From assembly GCA_934234055.1 (NCBI GenBank), contig CAKQGY010000003.1, positions 21,142 through 85,141 of the forward strand: 64,000 bases of DNA, in the 5' to 3' direction. The position numbers were made by a program, and so were the translations under genes. This stretch comes from an uncultured Alphaproteobacteria bacterium (GTDB lineage: Bacteria; Pseudomonadota; Alphaproteobacteria; CAAHEQ01; UBA3637). The notes beneath the pieces are model-generated. The model was given only the letters and a program-made list of their open reading frames with translations. It searched no databases and was not told the origin of the DNA. Of the stretch, positions 50,668 to 60,228 are shown one piece after another (the first letter of the stretch is position 1; the number at the start of each line of letters is the position of its first letter).

Positions 50668-50759
50668 TGTTCGTTTGAATCCAGTATAGCCGAAAATCTG
50701 CCGAAAAACCAGAAAAAAATGACAATTTATTCATTTTTATGGCGTGTGCAGGATTATAC

Positions 50760-50788
50760 TTGACAAAATAAGCGGTTTCGGATACAAT
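50760..50788 (+). promoter_or_regulatory. Predicted sigma70 promoter TTGACA-N17-TACAAT
   Basis: Consensus -35 with 17-bp spacing, upstream of the OM protein gene. Confidence 0.45.
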
Positions 50789-50823
50789 GTCGCACATCAA
50801 AAACCAAAACAAAGGACTGCAAA

Positions 50824-51699
50824 ATGTTAAAGAAAATCATTGTGTTGGCCGGTTTAATATTGGCGGTTCCCGCTTTTGCACAGGACGCCGGCGCGGTGGA
50901 TTCCGTGCCGCCAAAAACCGGTACCTTAAAGTTTAACCTGCGCCGGATGGGGCTGGAAATGTCGTCTACGCGGGTGAAAAATGCACGGGAATACACCGCT
51001 TCCCCCGTGTCGCAATTCAATGCCGACAGTCAAACGATCATCAAGGGCGTGTTTGACAGCGCTTTGGAATATGATCGCTATAACCTGAACTGGACGAACA
51101 GCCTGTTTATGGAATACGGTAAGACGAAATTAAAACCCGTTGACGGCGAAAATACGACCAGCGAAAACGCCGATCAAATTTTGCTGACCTCGGAATACAC
51201 GCATAAACTCTGGTCGCATAAGGACATTGACTTCGGCCCGTTTTTAAGCATCGGCTATCAGACCGAATTCACCGATAACCAAGATGCTCCGCGCACGAAA
51301 ATCAACCGGGATAAAGGCGGTATCAAAGTCTTTAACGGTAAAATTATCAAGGATCTGTATATCGCGGGAGTCTATGAATACGATATGACCTATGCCGATC
51401 ATGTCAGCAAATCTGCCGGTGAAGTCGGTTGGCGGGTGGAATACACCCTGCGCGACGGTGTGAATTTTGCATCAGACGGTTATTTTCGGAAATACTTTTC
51501 ATACAGTGAGTTCGTAGCCGAGGATTTGAAATATGACCTGAAAGCCACCGGGCGTATGGACGTGAACCTGACGGGGAATATCACTTTCGGGCCGTATGTG
51601 TCGTATCGCCAGGGGAAATCCCGGATCGCTCCCAGCAGCGCCAGCAACACCGTCATTGGCGTATCACTGACTTACAAAGACTTGTTTAACCTCTTTTAA
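50824..51699 (+). CDS. Putative outer-membrane beta-barrel protein (DUF3078-like)
   Basis: Signal peptide (AVPAFA|QD), alternating amphipathic strands, C-terminal Phe. Confidence 0.5.
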   Translation: MLKKIIVLAGLILAVPAFAQDAGAVDSVPPKTGTLKFNLRRMGLEMSSTRVKNAREYTASPVSQFNADSQTIIKGVFDSALEYDRYNLNWTNSLFMEYGKTKLKPVDGENTTSENADQILLTSEYTHKLWSHKDIDFGPFLSIGYQTEFTDNQDAPRTKINRDKGGIKVFNGKIIKDLYIAGVYEYDMTYADHVSKSAGEVGWRVEYTLRDGVNFASDGYFRKYFSYSEFVAEDLKYDLKATGRMDVNLTGNITFGPYVSYRQGKSRIAPSSASNTVIGVSLTYKDLFNLF

Positions 51700-51712
51700 T
51701 GAAAGGACAATC

Positions 51713-52189
51713 ATGATTAAAAATATTTTAACCGAGTTCAAAAAGTTCGCTATGCGCGGCAATGTGATGGACATGGCCGTCGGTATCATTATCGGGGCCG
51801 CGTTCGGCAAGATTGTTGATTCGTTGGTCAAAGATATTATTATGCCGCCGTTGGGCTACCTGATGGGGCAGGTGGACTTTACGAACAAATACATCACGCT
51901 GGTTGACGGTAAAACCGTGCCCGGTCCCTATGTCAGCTTGGACGCTGCGCAAAAGGCCGGCGCCGTTACAATCAATTACGGTATGTTTTTGAACACGATT
52001 ATCAGCTTTATCATCGTGGCTTTTGCCGTGTTTATGTTGATTAAAGCAATGAATACTTTGCAAACCAAGTTGGATAAGGAAGAAAAAAAGCCTGCGGCTC
52101 CGACAACCAAATCCTGCCCGTATTGCTGTTCCGAAATTCCGTTGCATGCTAAAAAGTGCCCGTGCTGCACGGCTGATTTACCGCAATGA
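51713..52189 (+). CDS. mscL: Large-conductance mechanosensitive channel MscL with a C-terminal Cys4 zinc-ribbon-like tail
   Basis: MIKNILTEFKKFAMRGNVMDMAVGIIIGAAFG is canonical MscL. Extra tail CPYCCSEIPLHAKKCPCC. Confidence 0.85.
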   Translation: MIKNILTEFKKFAMRGNVMDMAVGIIIGAAFGKIVDSLVKDIIMPPLGYLMGQVDFTNKYITLVDGKTVPGPYVSLDAAQKAGAVTINYGMFLNTIISFIIVAFAVFMLIKAMNTLQTKLDKEEKKPAAPTTKSCPYCCSEIPLHAKKCPCCTADLPQ

Positions 52190-52497
52190 ACACACCTTAT
52201 TTAACGCAAGACGGCCGGTGTTTGACACTGGCCGTTCGGGTTTGTCCCAATGCGCACCGCGCCGGCGTTGAAGGCTTGTGGAACGGCACGCACCTGAAAA
52301 TCGCTCTGACAGCGCCTCCCGTGGACGGCAAGGCGAATGAAGCTTTGATTACCTGCCTGGCCGATCTGCTGTCTGTGCGGAAAAGTGCGATCACACTTGT
52401 CAGCGGGCAAACCGGCCGTGTCAAGCGCCTGGTGATTCAATTTTCCGACTCGTCCGCCGCTACCGCCGCTGTGCAACACCTGACGGATTTAATCTAA
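52186..52497 (+). CDS. DUF167/YggU family protein
   Basis: APPVDGKANEAL signature. Confidence 0.75.
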   Translation: MNTPYLTQDGRCLTLAVRVCPNAHRAGVEGLWNGTHLKIALTAPPVDGKANEALITCLADLLSVRKSAITLVSGQTGRVKRLVIQFSDSSAATAAVQHLTDLI

Positions 52498-53271
52498 AAG
52501 CAAGCCGATCGGTGCATGGTCCGATGTTCCCGGCCATCCGCGAACATCGCGATAGATCGGTGCCCCCGCGACCCGATGTCTCAAAGGTTGATTTACCAAC
52601 ATCAGATCCAGCAAAATCCCCCGATCGCGCGGCCAGGCACCTCCTTGAAAGTCCCAAAAGGTATAGGTATTCGGCATGGGATTGAATGCGCGCGTCATAT
52701 TAAAAAGCTCTTGATTTTCAATGTGTTGCAACGCATTTTGCACCCCCGAATTCATCAATGCTCCGCCCCGGAATACCGCGGGATCATAGACATCGCTGTC
52801 GCGCGCAATCACATTAAAGTCCCCGCCCAAAATCACGGATTTTCCTTGTCGGTTCAGGGCATTGATATGGCTCGACAAAGCGTCCAGCCACGCCAGTTTA
52901 TAAGTCAACCGAGAGGTATCGGCGGGATCCTTGGCCGGTGGCGTGCCGTTGGGCACATACACCGAGATCAGGGTCAGCCCGTTAGTTGTTTCCGTCTGGA
53001 TAAATCGCGCTTGATCTTCAAATCCGGGAAGGGCCGTCGCCGTTGGTATCAGGGGTGTTTTGGCTAAAATCGCGACCCCGTTATAGCTTTTTTGCCCGCT
53101 GATTACGGCCTCGTATCCCGCCAGGCGCAGGTCAAAAAACGGGAAGTTCTCGTCGGTTGCTTTGATTTCTTGCAGCAGGACAAAATCCGGCGTTTCTTGC
53201 GCCAACAGATTCAACAAGGCTGACAACCTTGCCCGAATGGAGGCCACATTCCACGAAATAATCTTTTGCAT
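52489..53271 (-). CDS. xthA: Exodeoxyribonuclease III
   Basis: ISWNVASIRAR...LLQEIK EEP nuclease motifs. Confidence 0.9.
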   Translation of the reverse strand: MQKIISWNVASIRARLSALLNLLAQETPDFVLLQEIKATDENFPFFDLRLAGYEAVISGQKSYNGVAILAKTPLIPTATALPGFEDQARFIQTETTNGLTLISVYVPNGTPPAKDPADTSRLTYKLAWLDALSSHINALNRQGKSVILGGDFNVIARDSDVYDPAVFRGGALMNSGVQNALQHIENQELFNMTRAFNPMPNTYTFWDFQGGAWPRDRGILLDLMLVNQPLRHRVAGAPIYRDVRGWPGTSDHAPIGLLLD

Positions 53272-53301
53272 TTTGTTTTTCCTTGTGCTATGATAGGCGT
53301 T

Positions 53302-53943
53302 ATGAGAAAATATTTTGTGATTCTATTATGCCTGTTTTGGGCGCAAAATGCAACAGCTTTTTGCCGGACGGTGTCGCCCAAAGTCAATATTGTGACCAAG
53401 CCCGGATCGGTGCGTTATATCACAACGATGTCGCGACAGGAGTTCTTGAAAAAGGCGCCCCGCACGATGTCGCCCAACACGCTGGGGATGACGGTGTCAA
53501 ATCTGAATGTGACGGGAAAATCTGTCCCCGACCTGCAACAGCAAAGCCGTGCGGTGGCGTGCGTTCAACTGCGCGAGATCAATCTGACGATGGGCTATGA
53601 TATCATAGATGTGTATATTGATAAAAAGTATAAGCCCGGCTCGTGCGAATACGAGGTGGTTAAAGAGCATGAAAACTATCATGTGCGTGTGTCGCAAGAG
53701 GCTATGCAGTTCTTTAAGCCCGACCTGGAAAAAGCCGTGCGTGCGGCGGTCAAGCGGGTCAGTATGCAGTATGCGTATTCGCCGAGCGATGTTCAGCGCC
53801 TGGTTCAAGCGCAGTTTCAGCAGGTTATGGCCGATATTCAGCCGACGATTCGGCATATCAACGATAAGATTGCCGAAAAGAATTATCAGATAGATACGCC
53901 ACAATCCTATCGCGCAACCAGCAAACTGTGCAAGCATTGGTAG
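53302..53943 (+). CDS. Secreted DUF922-like putative Zn-peptidase
   Basis: Signal peptide and HENYH (HExxH) motif. Start inferred at MRKYFVILL. Confidence 0.45.
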   Translation: MRKYFVILLCLFWAQNATAFCRTVSPKVNIVTKPGSVRYITTMSRQEFLKKAPRTMSPNTLGMTVSNLNVTGKSVPDLQQQSRAVACVQLREINLTMGYDIIDVYIDKKYKPGSCEYEVVKEHENYHVRVSQEAMQFFKPDLEKAVRAAVKRVSMQYAYSPSDVQRLVQAQFQQVMADIQPTIRHINDKIAEKNYQIDTPQSYRATSKLCKHW

Positions 53944-53986
53944 ACCCTCTTTCGGTTTTGTCTCCCAAAAATTACCCACCCCCGTT

Positions 53987-54023
53987 GTTATTGCGAGCGC
54001 CCCATCCGGGACGCGTGGCAATC
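53987..54023 (-). repeat. Copy of the GATTGCCACG...CGCAATxAC stem-loop element (minus orientation)
   Basis: Reverse complement reads GATTGCCACGCGTCCCGGATGGGGCGCTCGCAATAAC. Confidence 0.6.
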
Positions 54024-54054
54024 CACGAATCACATAATGCCTTATATTTTCCGC

Positions 54055-54083
54055 TTGACACATGCTTTGAATTAGGATAGAGT
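54055..54083 (+). promoter_or_regulatory. Predicted sigma70 promoter TTGACA-N17-TAGAGT upstream of the second pilin-like gene
   Basis: Consensus -35 with 17-bp spacing. Followed by the conserved block and (CA)4. Confidence 0.4.
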
Positions 54084-54147
54084 AGGGGACATGACGATAC
54101 AAAAGTGTAGACATTTTCCGGTTCAAAAAGAGGGGCTTGACATGCCT

Positions 54148-54173
54148 AAAACCCTTATAGTACTACACACACA
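54148..54173 (+). repeat. Conserved leader block AAAACCCTTATAGTACTA followed by (CA)4
   Basis: Identical block to 14963-14980. The CA tract is 20 bp shorter than in the paralog. Confidence 0.9.
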
Positions 54174-54316
54174 TCTAATTGCTGATGAGCAGAAAATTTC
54201 AGTCAGTCGGTCGGTCGCCTGCGGGCAGGGACGACCGGTTGCTGGCGTATACGAACGGTGGACGACCGAAAGGTGGTCTGCCGTTTGAAATTATTCAAAA
54301 CGAAAAGGAGACAACT

Positions 54317-55687
54317 ATGAAAACAAAACACATCAATTCAATATGTCATTCTGAGCGGGCCTTGTGCACTGAAGAATCCATAATCAAGGATTCATTATTA
54401 AATGGATTGCCACGTCCCACAAGTGGGCTCGCAATGACGCCCGGGAACGAATCCGGCCGGTCTCTGGTGGAAATGCTGGGGGTCTTGGCCGTCATGGGTA
54501 TCCTGACGATCGGCGGAATAGCCGGGTTTAATTACGCCATGGATAGATCCAAAGCCAACGATATTTTGGACGGCGTGAACAAGCGCGCAATCGCCTTGTC
54601 GTCTTACCTGATGCTGGGAACGAACATTTCGGCCACGACCCTGGACGCCGAGTTTTCCAACCATATCGGTGATGCGACGGTGGCTTTAAGCCCTGCCGGC
54701 TCGGGGTTCAAAATGACGGTCTCGGGCCTGACGGACTCCGTGTGCGACCAAGTCCTGACCAACGGCCTGAAAATGGCGTCCGAGATTACATTGGGCGAGA
54801 CCAAAATCTGGGACCGGGGCGTCAAGTCCGATCACACCTGCGCCGACAGCGATAACACGATTTCTTTTTCATTTAACGCTGCACTAAACGGCGCTCAGTC
54901 CGCCACCAATGATACCCCCGCGGGGCCCAACGCAGGCACCTGCACCGGGAACGGCGGAACATGGAACGCGGATACAGGTTCGTGCACTTGCCCGGGTCGC
55001 TACACGGGCGTAAATTGTGAAGTCGCCCCGACCGCCTGCCCCGAGGGCGCCACCCCCACCGCCGACGGAAAGTGTCAGATGTGTAAACCAGGAAATGAGG
55101 ATTGTGCTACCTGTGAAGTGACGGAAGAATTTGCTTGTTTTAGTGAGTGTAAGTGTGTAAAACCAGGTAGCGAGTGTACTGATGTATGTTCTCTTGGTTG
55201 GGCAGACACCGTCGCCTGTGTAAATGGAAAATGTGTCTGCGATAATGCAAATGCTGTTTGGGTGACAGAATTTGGGGATGAAGGGCTGACTTTTGGGGAA
55301 TGTGTGATTCCCACCGAAGAACACCAATGCTTTACAAATAAGGATTGCGGGCAGAGTGAATACTGTGATGTTACAATGGAAAGACGCTCTTGCCAAGCAT
55401 TACCGGCTATGACCGAACAAGGCGGGGTTTTGGTCAGCCAAGAGCCCGTGAATTACTATGCGGCTCAAAATATATGCGAGGGTTATGGTAAAAGGCTTCC
55501 GAGTACTTCTACATATGACTTCGGCAAAGCACTTGAAAAATCAAATGGCGAGCCCTTTTGGGTGAAAGGTGGACGAATGGGGGTTTGCCCAGATGCAGAT
55601 GCAAATAATTGTAAGGATGTAGACGAAGAAATGGAAATCTATAATGGCCTTGGAGATGGCAAACATCATACATTGATTTGTATTTAA
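54317..55687 (+). CDS. Modular type IV pilin-like protein paralog: long leader + pilin head + EGF-like/Cys-rich region + lectin-like C-terminal module
   Basis: AAGGAG SD. ...NESG|RSLVEMLGVLAVMGILTIGGIAGFNYAM is near-identical to gene 1. EGF-like CTCPGRYTGVNCE. C-terminus NYYAAQNICEGYGKRLPS...FWVKGG is the shared lectin-like signature. Confidence 0.6.
   Translation: MKTKHINSICHSERALCTEESIIKDSLLNGLPRPTSGLAMTPGNESGRSLVEMLGVLAVMGILTIGGIAGFNYAMDRSKANDILDGVNKRAIALSSYLMLGTNISATTLDAEFSNHIGDATVALSPAGSGFKMTVSGLTDSVCDQVLTNGLKMASEITLGETKIWDRGVKSDHTCADSDNTISFSFNAALNGAQSATNDTPAGPNAGTCTGNGGTWNADTGSCTCPGRYTGVNCEVAPTACPEGATPTADGKCQMCKPGNEDCATCEVTEEFACFSECKCVKPGSECTDVCSLGWADTVACVNGKCVCDNANAVWVTEFGDEGLTFGECVIPTEEHQCFTNKDCGQSEYCDVTMERRSCQALPAMTEQGGVLVSQEPVNYYAAQNICEGYGKRLPSTSTYDFGKALEKSNGEPFWVKGGRMGVCPDADANNCKDVDEEMEIYNGLGDGKHHTLICI
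54405..54439 (+). repeat. Stem-loop element GATTGCCACG-(TCCCACAAGTGGGCT)-CGCAATGACG inside the leader coding region
   Basis: Same flanks as 15124-15159, read in a different codon frame. Inner stem CCCAC/GTGGG. Confidence 0.7.
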
Positions 55688-55689
55688 TT

Positions 55690-55698
55690 CCCCCCCCC
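55690..55698 (+). repeat. C9 homopolymer tract 2 nt after the stop codon of the pilin-like gene
   Basis: TAA-TT-CCCCCCCCC, read directly. Confidence 0.9.
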
Positions 55699-55701
55699 TA
55701 A

Positions 55702-55738
55702 TAAAAACCCCGCCCGGATATACCAGGCGGGGGTTTTC
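55702..55738. terminator. Bidirectional rho-independent terminator (AAAACCCCGCC-loop-GGCGGGGGTTTT)
   Basis: Perfect 11-bp stem with A/T runs on both sides. Between the convergent pilin-like gene and rpsA. Confidence 0.7.
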
Positions 55739-55756
55739 CAAGGTTTCCCTTGAGCC

Positions 55757-57535
55757 CTATTCGGCGTCGGCCGCCGCGTCAGCCGGTTCTTCGGCTTTCG
55801 CTTTCTTGGCGGTTTTCTTTTTCGCCGGTTTTTCTTCGTCGGTTTTGGCTGTCTTCTTGGCTTTCTTGGCCAATGCAACACCCAAAATATCGCCCAAAGA
55901 AGCACCCGCGGAAGTTGATCCGAATTCAGCCATCGCTTGCTTGTCTTCGTCAATTTCACGCGCTTTGATAGACAGGTTCAGCTTGCGAGTCTTGGCGTCA
56001 AACAGGGTCACTTTCGCGTCCACTTTTTCGCCGATGGCAAAGCGTTCGGTCTTTTGTTCGGCGCGATCTTTGGCCAGGTCACCGCGTTTGATGTAACCTT
56101 TAATGCCGTCCACATCAACTTCAATGCCGTTTTCTTCAATCGCGGACACCACACAGGTCACCACAGCACCTTTCTTCAAGGTCGCCGATACAGCACCCAT
56201 CGGGTCGTCGGACAGTTGTTTAATGCCCAAGGAAATGCGTTCTTTTTCAACATCAATGTCCAAGATTTTGGCCTTCACAACCATACCTTTTTTATAATCC
56301 TTGATGGCTTCTTCGCCCGGCTTGTCCCAAGACAAATCCGAGGTATGAATCATACCGTCCAAGTCTTCGTTCAATGCGACAAAGATACCGAATTCAATCA
56401 TATTCTTGATTTCGCCTTCAATCACATCGCCCGGTTTATGAGATGCCGCAAAAGCTTTCCACGGGTTTTCCATCAACTGCTTCATACCCAAGGAAATCCG
56501 GCGTTTGGATTCGTCCACTTCCAGGATTGTGGCTTCTACTTCCTGACCCAAAGTGACCAATTTGCTGGGATGGATGTTTTTCTTTGTCCAGCTCATTTCC
56601 GATACATGGACCAAGCCCTCAATCCCCGGTTCAATTTCAATAAAAGCACCATAGTCAGTGATGTTGCTGATCTTACCTTTTACGGTTTGACCGACAGCAT
56701 AGCGTTCATTGATTCCAATCCACGGATCGTTTTCCATTTGTTTGATACCCAGGGAAATACGCCCGCTTTCCGGATTAAATTTCGTGATTTGAACTTTGAC
56801 TTTTTGACCCACAGACAGGACTTCGGCCGGATTGTTGATCCGTTTCCACGAAATATCTGTCACGTGCAGCAAGCCGTCCACACCGCCCAAGTCAATAAAG
56901 GCGCCGTAATCTGTGATGTTTTTGACGGTTCCTTCAACGATTTGACCTTCGGAGAGGTTTTTAATGATTTCTGAGCGTTGTTCTGCCCGTGTTTCTTCCA
57001 ACACAGCGCGACGCGATACAACGATATTTCCGCGCAGCTTGTCCATTTTTAACAGCGCAAACGGTTGCGGAATACCCATCAGAGGACTCATATCCCGAAT
57101 CGGGCGTACATCAATTTGGCTTCCCGGCAAAAAGGCCGTTGCCCCGTTCAAATCCACGGTAAAGCCGCCTTTGACGCGACCATAGATCGTCCCCGTCACA
57201 TGTTCGCCTTTTTCCATGGCTTTTTCCAGATCGCCCCAAACTTCTTCGCGGCGCGCTTTTTCACGCGACAGCACGGCGTTCCCGTTGCGATCTTCATAGC
57301 GATCAATATACACTTCAATTGTATCGCCGACTTTTAATTCCTGAGCACCGCATTCGGCCACAGGAATCCGACCTTCGGATTTTAAGCCGACATCAACGAT
57401 CACAACATCATCGTCAAAACCGATTACAGTTCCGGTGACGACTTTGCCCTGCAGAGCGCCTTGACCCATAAATTCATCTAATAAAGCACCGAAGTCTTCT
57501 TTAACTTGCGGCATTTGTTCTTCTTTTTTTACCAT
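55757..57535 (-). CDS. rpsA: 30S ribosomal protein S1
   Basis: Six S1 repeats and a Lys-rich C-terminal tail. 592 aa. Confidence 0.95.
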   Translation of the reverse strand: MVKKEEQMPQVKEDFGALLDEFMGQGALQGKVVTGTVIGFDDDVVIVDVGLKSEGRIPVAECGAQELKVGDTIEVYIDRYEDRNGNAVLSREKARREEVWGDLEKAMEKGEHVTGTIYGRVKGGFTVDLNGATAFLPGSQIDVRPIRDMSPLMGIPQPFALLKMDKLRGNIVVSRRAVLEETRAEQRSEIIKNLSEGQIVEGTVKNITDYGAFIDLGGVDGLLHVTDISWKRINNPAEVLSVGQKVKVQITKFNPESGRISLGIKQMENDPWIGINERYAVGQTVKGKISNITDYGAFIEIEPGIEGLVHVSEMSWTKKNIHPSKLVTLGQEVEATILEVDESKRRISLGMKQLMENPWKAFAASHKPGDVIEGEIKNMIEFGIFVALNEDLDGMIHTSDLSWDKPGEEAIKDYKKGMVVKAKILDIDVEKERISLGIKQLSDDPMGAVSATLKKGAVVTCVVSAIEENGIEVDVDGIKGYIKRGDLAKDRAEQKTERFAIGEKVDAKVTLFDAKTRKLNLSIKAREIDEDKQAMAEFGSTSAGASLGDILGVALAKKAKKTAKTDEEKPAKKKTAKKAKAEEPADAAADAE

Positions 57536-57778
57536 AATAATTATTTTTTGTTTTGTTGGCCGACGGTCAGGGACCGCGGACTTATCTACCCGTCTTCAAT
57601 CCGACCGGCCGGCGGGTAGTTCCGTGCCAAATCGACCTTCCCGGTGTTTCCGAGAATGATTCCTTTTATCACATTTTGACAGAAAAATCAATCTTTTTTT
57701 GCCGAACCTGTATTTTTTTGTTGACAACCGGCTCACAATGTGCCATTTGCTAGGGAAACTTATTCTGTTATGGAGGTA

Positions 57779-58144
57779 ATGACGATGACAAAACCGGAAT
57801 GGGGATTGAAAAGAAAATGCTTAAAATGCGGTGCATTCTTTTATGATATGCGTAAAGCCAAGTTTGTCTGCCCGAAATGTGGGGCAACCTATGCGGCGGA
57901 TTCGTATGCAGATGCCAAAACCAAGCAACTGCTGAAACTGGCAAAAAAAGCAGCCCCCAAGATTGACGATGAAAATTTGGACGAAGAAGCTTTGCTACAA
58001 ATGACCGAAGACGTGCCTTTGTCGGATGAAGATATGGCCTCTGATGATGATATTTTGGAAAATGCCGATGATATTGAGAACGCTAATTCGGATTTAAGCG
58101 ATATTGTTGAAGACTATGACAGCGACGCCAAGAATGAGCAATAA
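57779..58144 (+). CDS. FYDLN_acid family zinc-ribbon protein (TIGR02300-like)
   Basis: CLKCGAFFYDMRKAKFVCPKCG plus an acidic C-terminus. Start at MTMTK after GGAGG. Confidence 0.7.
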   Translation: MTMTKPEWGLKRKCLKCGAFFYDMRKAKFVCPKCGATYAADSYADAKTKQLLKLAKKAAPKIDDENLDEEALLQMTEDVPLSDEDMASDDDILENADDIENANSDLSDIVEDYDSDAKNEQ

Positions 58145-58706
58145 TCCCGCATTTCAATCGTTAAAGGGGCAATTGTTGATTGCGGTTCCCGGGATAGATG
58201 ATGATCGGTTCAATCAGGCGGTTGTTTATATTTATGCCCATACGGAAGACATTGGTGCCCAGGGCCTGGTGATCAATAAACCGGCGCAAAAGTTGTATTT
58301 ACAAGATGTCATGAAACAATTGCGTCTGCCTTTGTCCGTGGCACGGAATACGCCGGTTTTATTAGGGGGTCCCGATCATTTGACCAGCGGTTTTATCCTT
58401 CATACCCCTGATTATCACTGTCCTGCAACACATCCGGTGAATGAAGATGTATCACTGACGGCGACTCAGGATATTTTACACGACATTTCTTTGGGGAAAG
58501 GCCCCGAAAGTTATTTAATGACGTTGGGCTGCTCTTCATGGGATAAAGGGCAATTGGAAGACGAGTTGATGGGAAATGTTTGGCTGACGATGCCGGCTAC
58601 ACACCAGATTTTATTTCATACGCCCTTTGCCGATCGATGGGCATGTGCGTTACGTACATTGGGTGTAGAGGCCTATCGCCTGTCGGGAACAGCCGGCAAA
58701 GCCTAG
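58134..58706 (+). CDS. YqgE/AlgH family protein (UPF0301)
   Basis: LKGQLLIAVPGIDDDRFNQAVVYIYAHTEDIGAQGLVINKP is typical of YqgE. Confidence 0.8.
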   Translation: MSNNPAFQSLKGQLLIAVPGIDDDRFNQAVVYIYAHTEDIGAQGLVINKPAQKLYLQDVMKQLRLPLSVARNTPVLLGGPDHLTSGFILHTPDYHCPATHPVNEDVSLTATQDILHDISLGKGPESYLMTLGCSSWDKGQLEDELMGNVWLTMPATHQILFHTPFADRWACALRTLGVEAYRLSGTAGKA

Positions 58707-58818
58707 ACCTTATTTGATAAGGCGCTTGTTTGCTCCGGCATAATATTGCGCAACAATCTCATATACATACGAGTTTTATCTATGGCTTCTTATTCAGGGG
58801 AATTGGCATTAAATGCCG

Positions 58819-59424
58819 TTATTTCTTCCTGAGCTCTTCTTTCTGTTTGGCGTCCAATCGCGTCTGTATTTTTTCCAAAGTCGGAAAAATATCGTCGGGC
58901 GTATCCACAAAGTCCACATAGTCCACTTTATCTTGGTTTAAAGTCCCGTTTTGCAGCATGTCCAGCATCAAGGCGCGCATAGGTTCCCAAAAACCGTTAT
59001 AGTTCAAAAAGATCATTGGCTTTTTCTTAACCTCCCCCGTTTGGATTAAGACTGCATATTCCGAGAATTCATCAATCGTTCCCCAGCCCCCGGGTCCTAC
59101 AAGAATCGCGTCACCCATTTGGAACATATCCATTTTTCGGTGCGACAGATTGGACACGATTTTCATTTCCCCCAACCGAAAAACGGTCGGGTCTTTACAT
59201 TGCAGCTCCAACAGTTTCAAAGTGGTAATCCCCATCACACGCCCGTTTTTATTGCGAACGCCCTGGAACACACTGCCCATCAGACCGTCGTCGCCGATTC
59301 CGAAAACCAGGGTTGCATTATGATCGGCCAAGACTTCACCTGTGCGCCGCATCGGCTCGTGGAGCGCTGAAGAAATAGAGGCAGCCGCCCCACAAAAAAC
59401 AGTAATGGCTTGGTATTTTGTCAT
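58819..59424 (-). CDS. LOG family protein (cytokinin riboside 5'-monophosphate phosphoribohydrolase-like)
   Basis: PGGWGTIDEF motif and Rossmann fold. Confidence 0.85.
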   Translation of the reverse strand: MTKYQAITVFCGAAASISSALHEPMRRTGEVLADHNATLVFGIGDDGLMGSVFQGVRNKNGRVMGITTLKLLELQCKDPTVFRLGEMKIVSNLSHRKMDMFQMGDAILVGPGGWGTIDEFSEYAVLIQTGEVKKKPMIFLNYNGFWEPMRALMLDMLQNGTLNQDKVDYVDFVDTPDDIFPTLEKIQTRLDAKQKEELRKK

Positions 59425-59535
59425 ATTATTATTCCTTTCTAAAATAGGGGTATTATACCTCTTTTTTTATCTTTTTCAATAAAAAAGTTGTTTTTTGGTT
59501 TTTTTTACTTTATCTTATAGATGAAAGGAGGGGGT

Positions 59536-60159
59536 ATGAGTCCCATAGATTTACAGGCCTTATTTACCATATCGCACGGCGTATATTTGACGGGTGCGCG
59601 TGATGAAACAGGACGTTCTATCGGTAGTTGCATTGATTCGGCTATGGTGGTTGAGACGGCGCCTGCACAGATTATTATCGCGTTAGGCAAACAATCGTAT
59701 ACGGCACAGCAGGTGCTTAAAAGCGGTCGCTTGTCATTATCTGTGTTGCCAACGGATACACCCGATCGGATTATCCGAATCTTCGGGATGCAATCGTCCC
59801 GAACCGAGAATAAATGGGATATGGTTCCCCACCATTTCAAAGAGGATTTGCCCGTTTTGGATGGTGCGGTATCCCAACTGATTTTATCGGTTGCGGATCG
59901 GCGCGAAACGGTGTCACATTATGTTTTGCTGTGCGATGTTACGCACATACTTGTCGGTACGATGGTTCGTCCGCTGTTATATGCCGATTATCAAAAAGGA
60001 AAGGTAGTTGCAATGAATATTCATACAAATACAGAGAAAAAATGGGTTTGCACGGTGTGTGGCTATGTTTATGACGGAGACACACCGTTTGAGGAATTAC
60101 CCGACGATTGGGTTTGTCCGTTGTGCGGCGAACCGAAATCAGTTTTTGTTCTGGAATAA
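59536..60159 (+). CDS. Flavin reductase-like domain fused to a C-terminal rubredoxin (Hrb-like)
   Basis: Rubredoxin motifs [10 protein letters not shown]...WVCPLCG at the C-terminus. FMN-binding split-barrel-like N-terminus. Confidence 0.65.
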   Translation: MSPIDLQALFTISHGVYLTGARDETGRSIGSCIDSAMVVETAPAQIIIALGKQSYTAQQVLKSGRLSLSVLPTDTPDRIIRIFGMQSSRTENKWDMVPHHFKEDLPVLDGAVSQLILSVADRRETVSHYVLLCDVTHILVGTMVRPLLYADYQKGKVVAMNIHTNTEKKWVCTVCGYVYDGDTPFEELPDDWVCPLCGEPKSVFVLE

Positions 60160-60228
60160 AAATACTTGCATCGTCACGCGCAAGGTGCTATACTGTCTTT
60201 GAAACAATAAACCAAAGGGATTCTTGTA

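Noticed and set aside
54137-54161. Second TTGACA / TATAGT pair as the promoter of gene 2
   Set aside because: The spacer is only 13 bp, which is too short for sigma70. It is retained only as part of the conserved block. The TATAGT may still serve as a -10 with a different -35.
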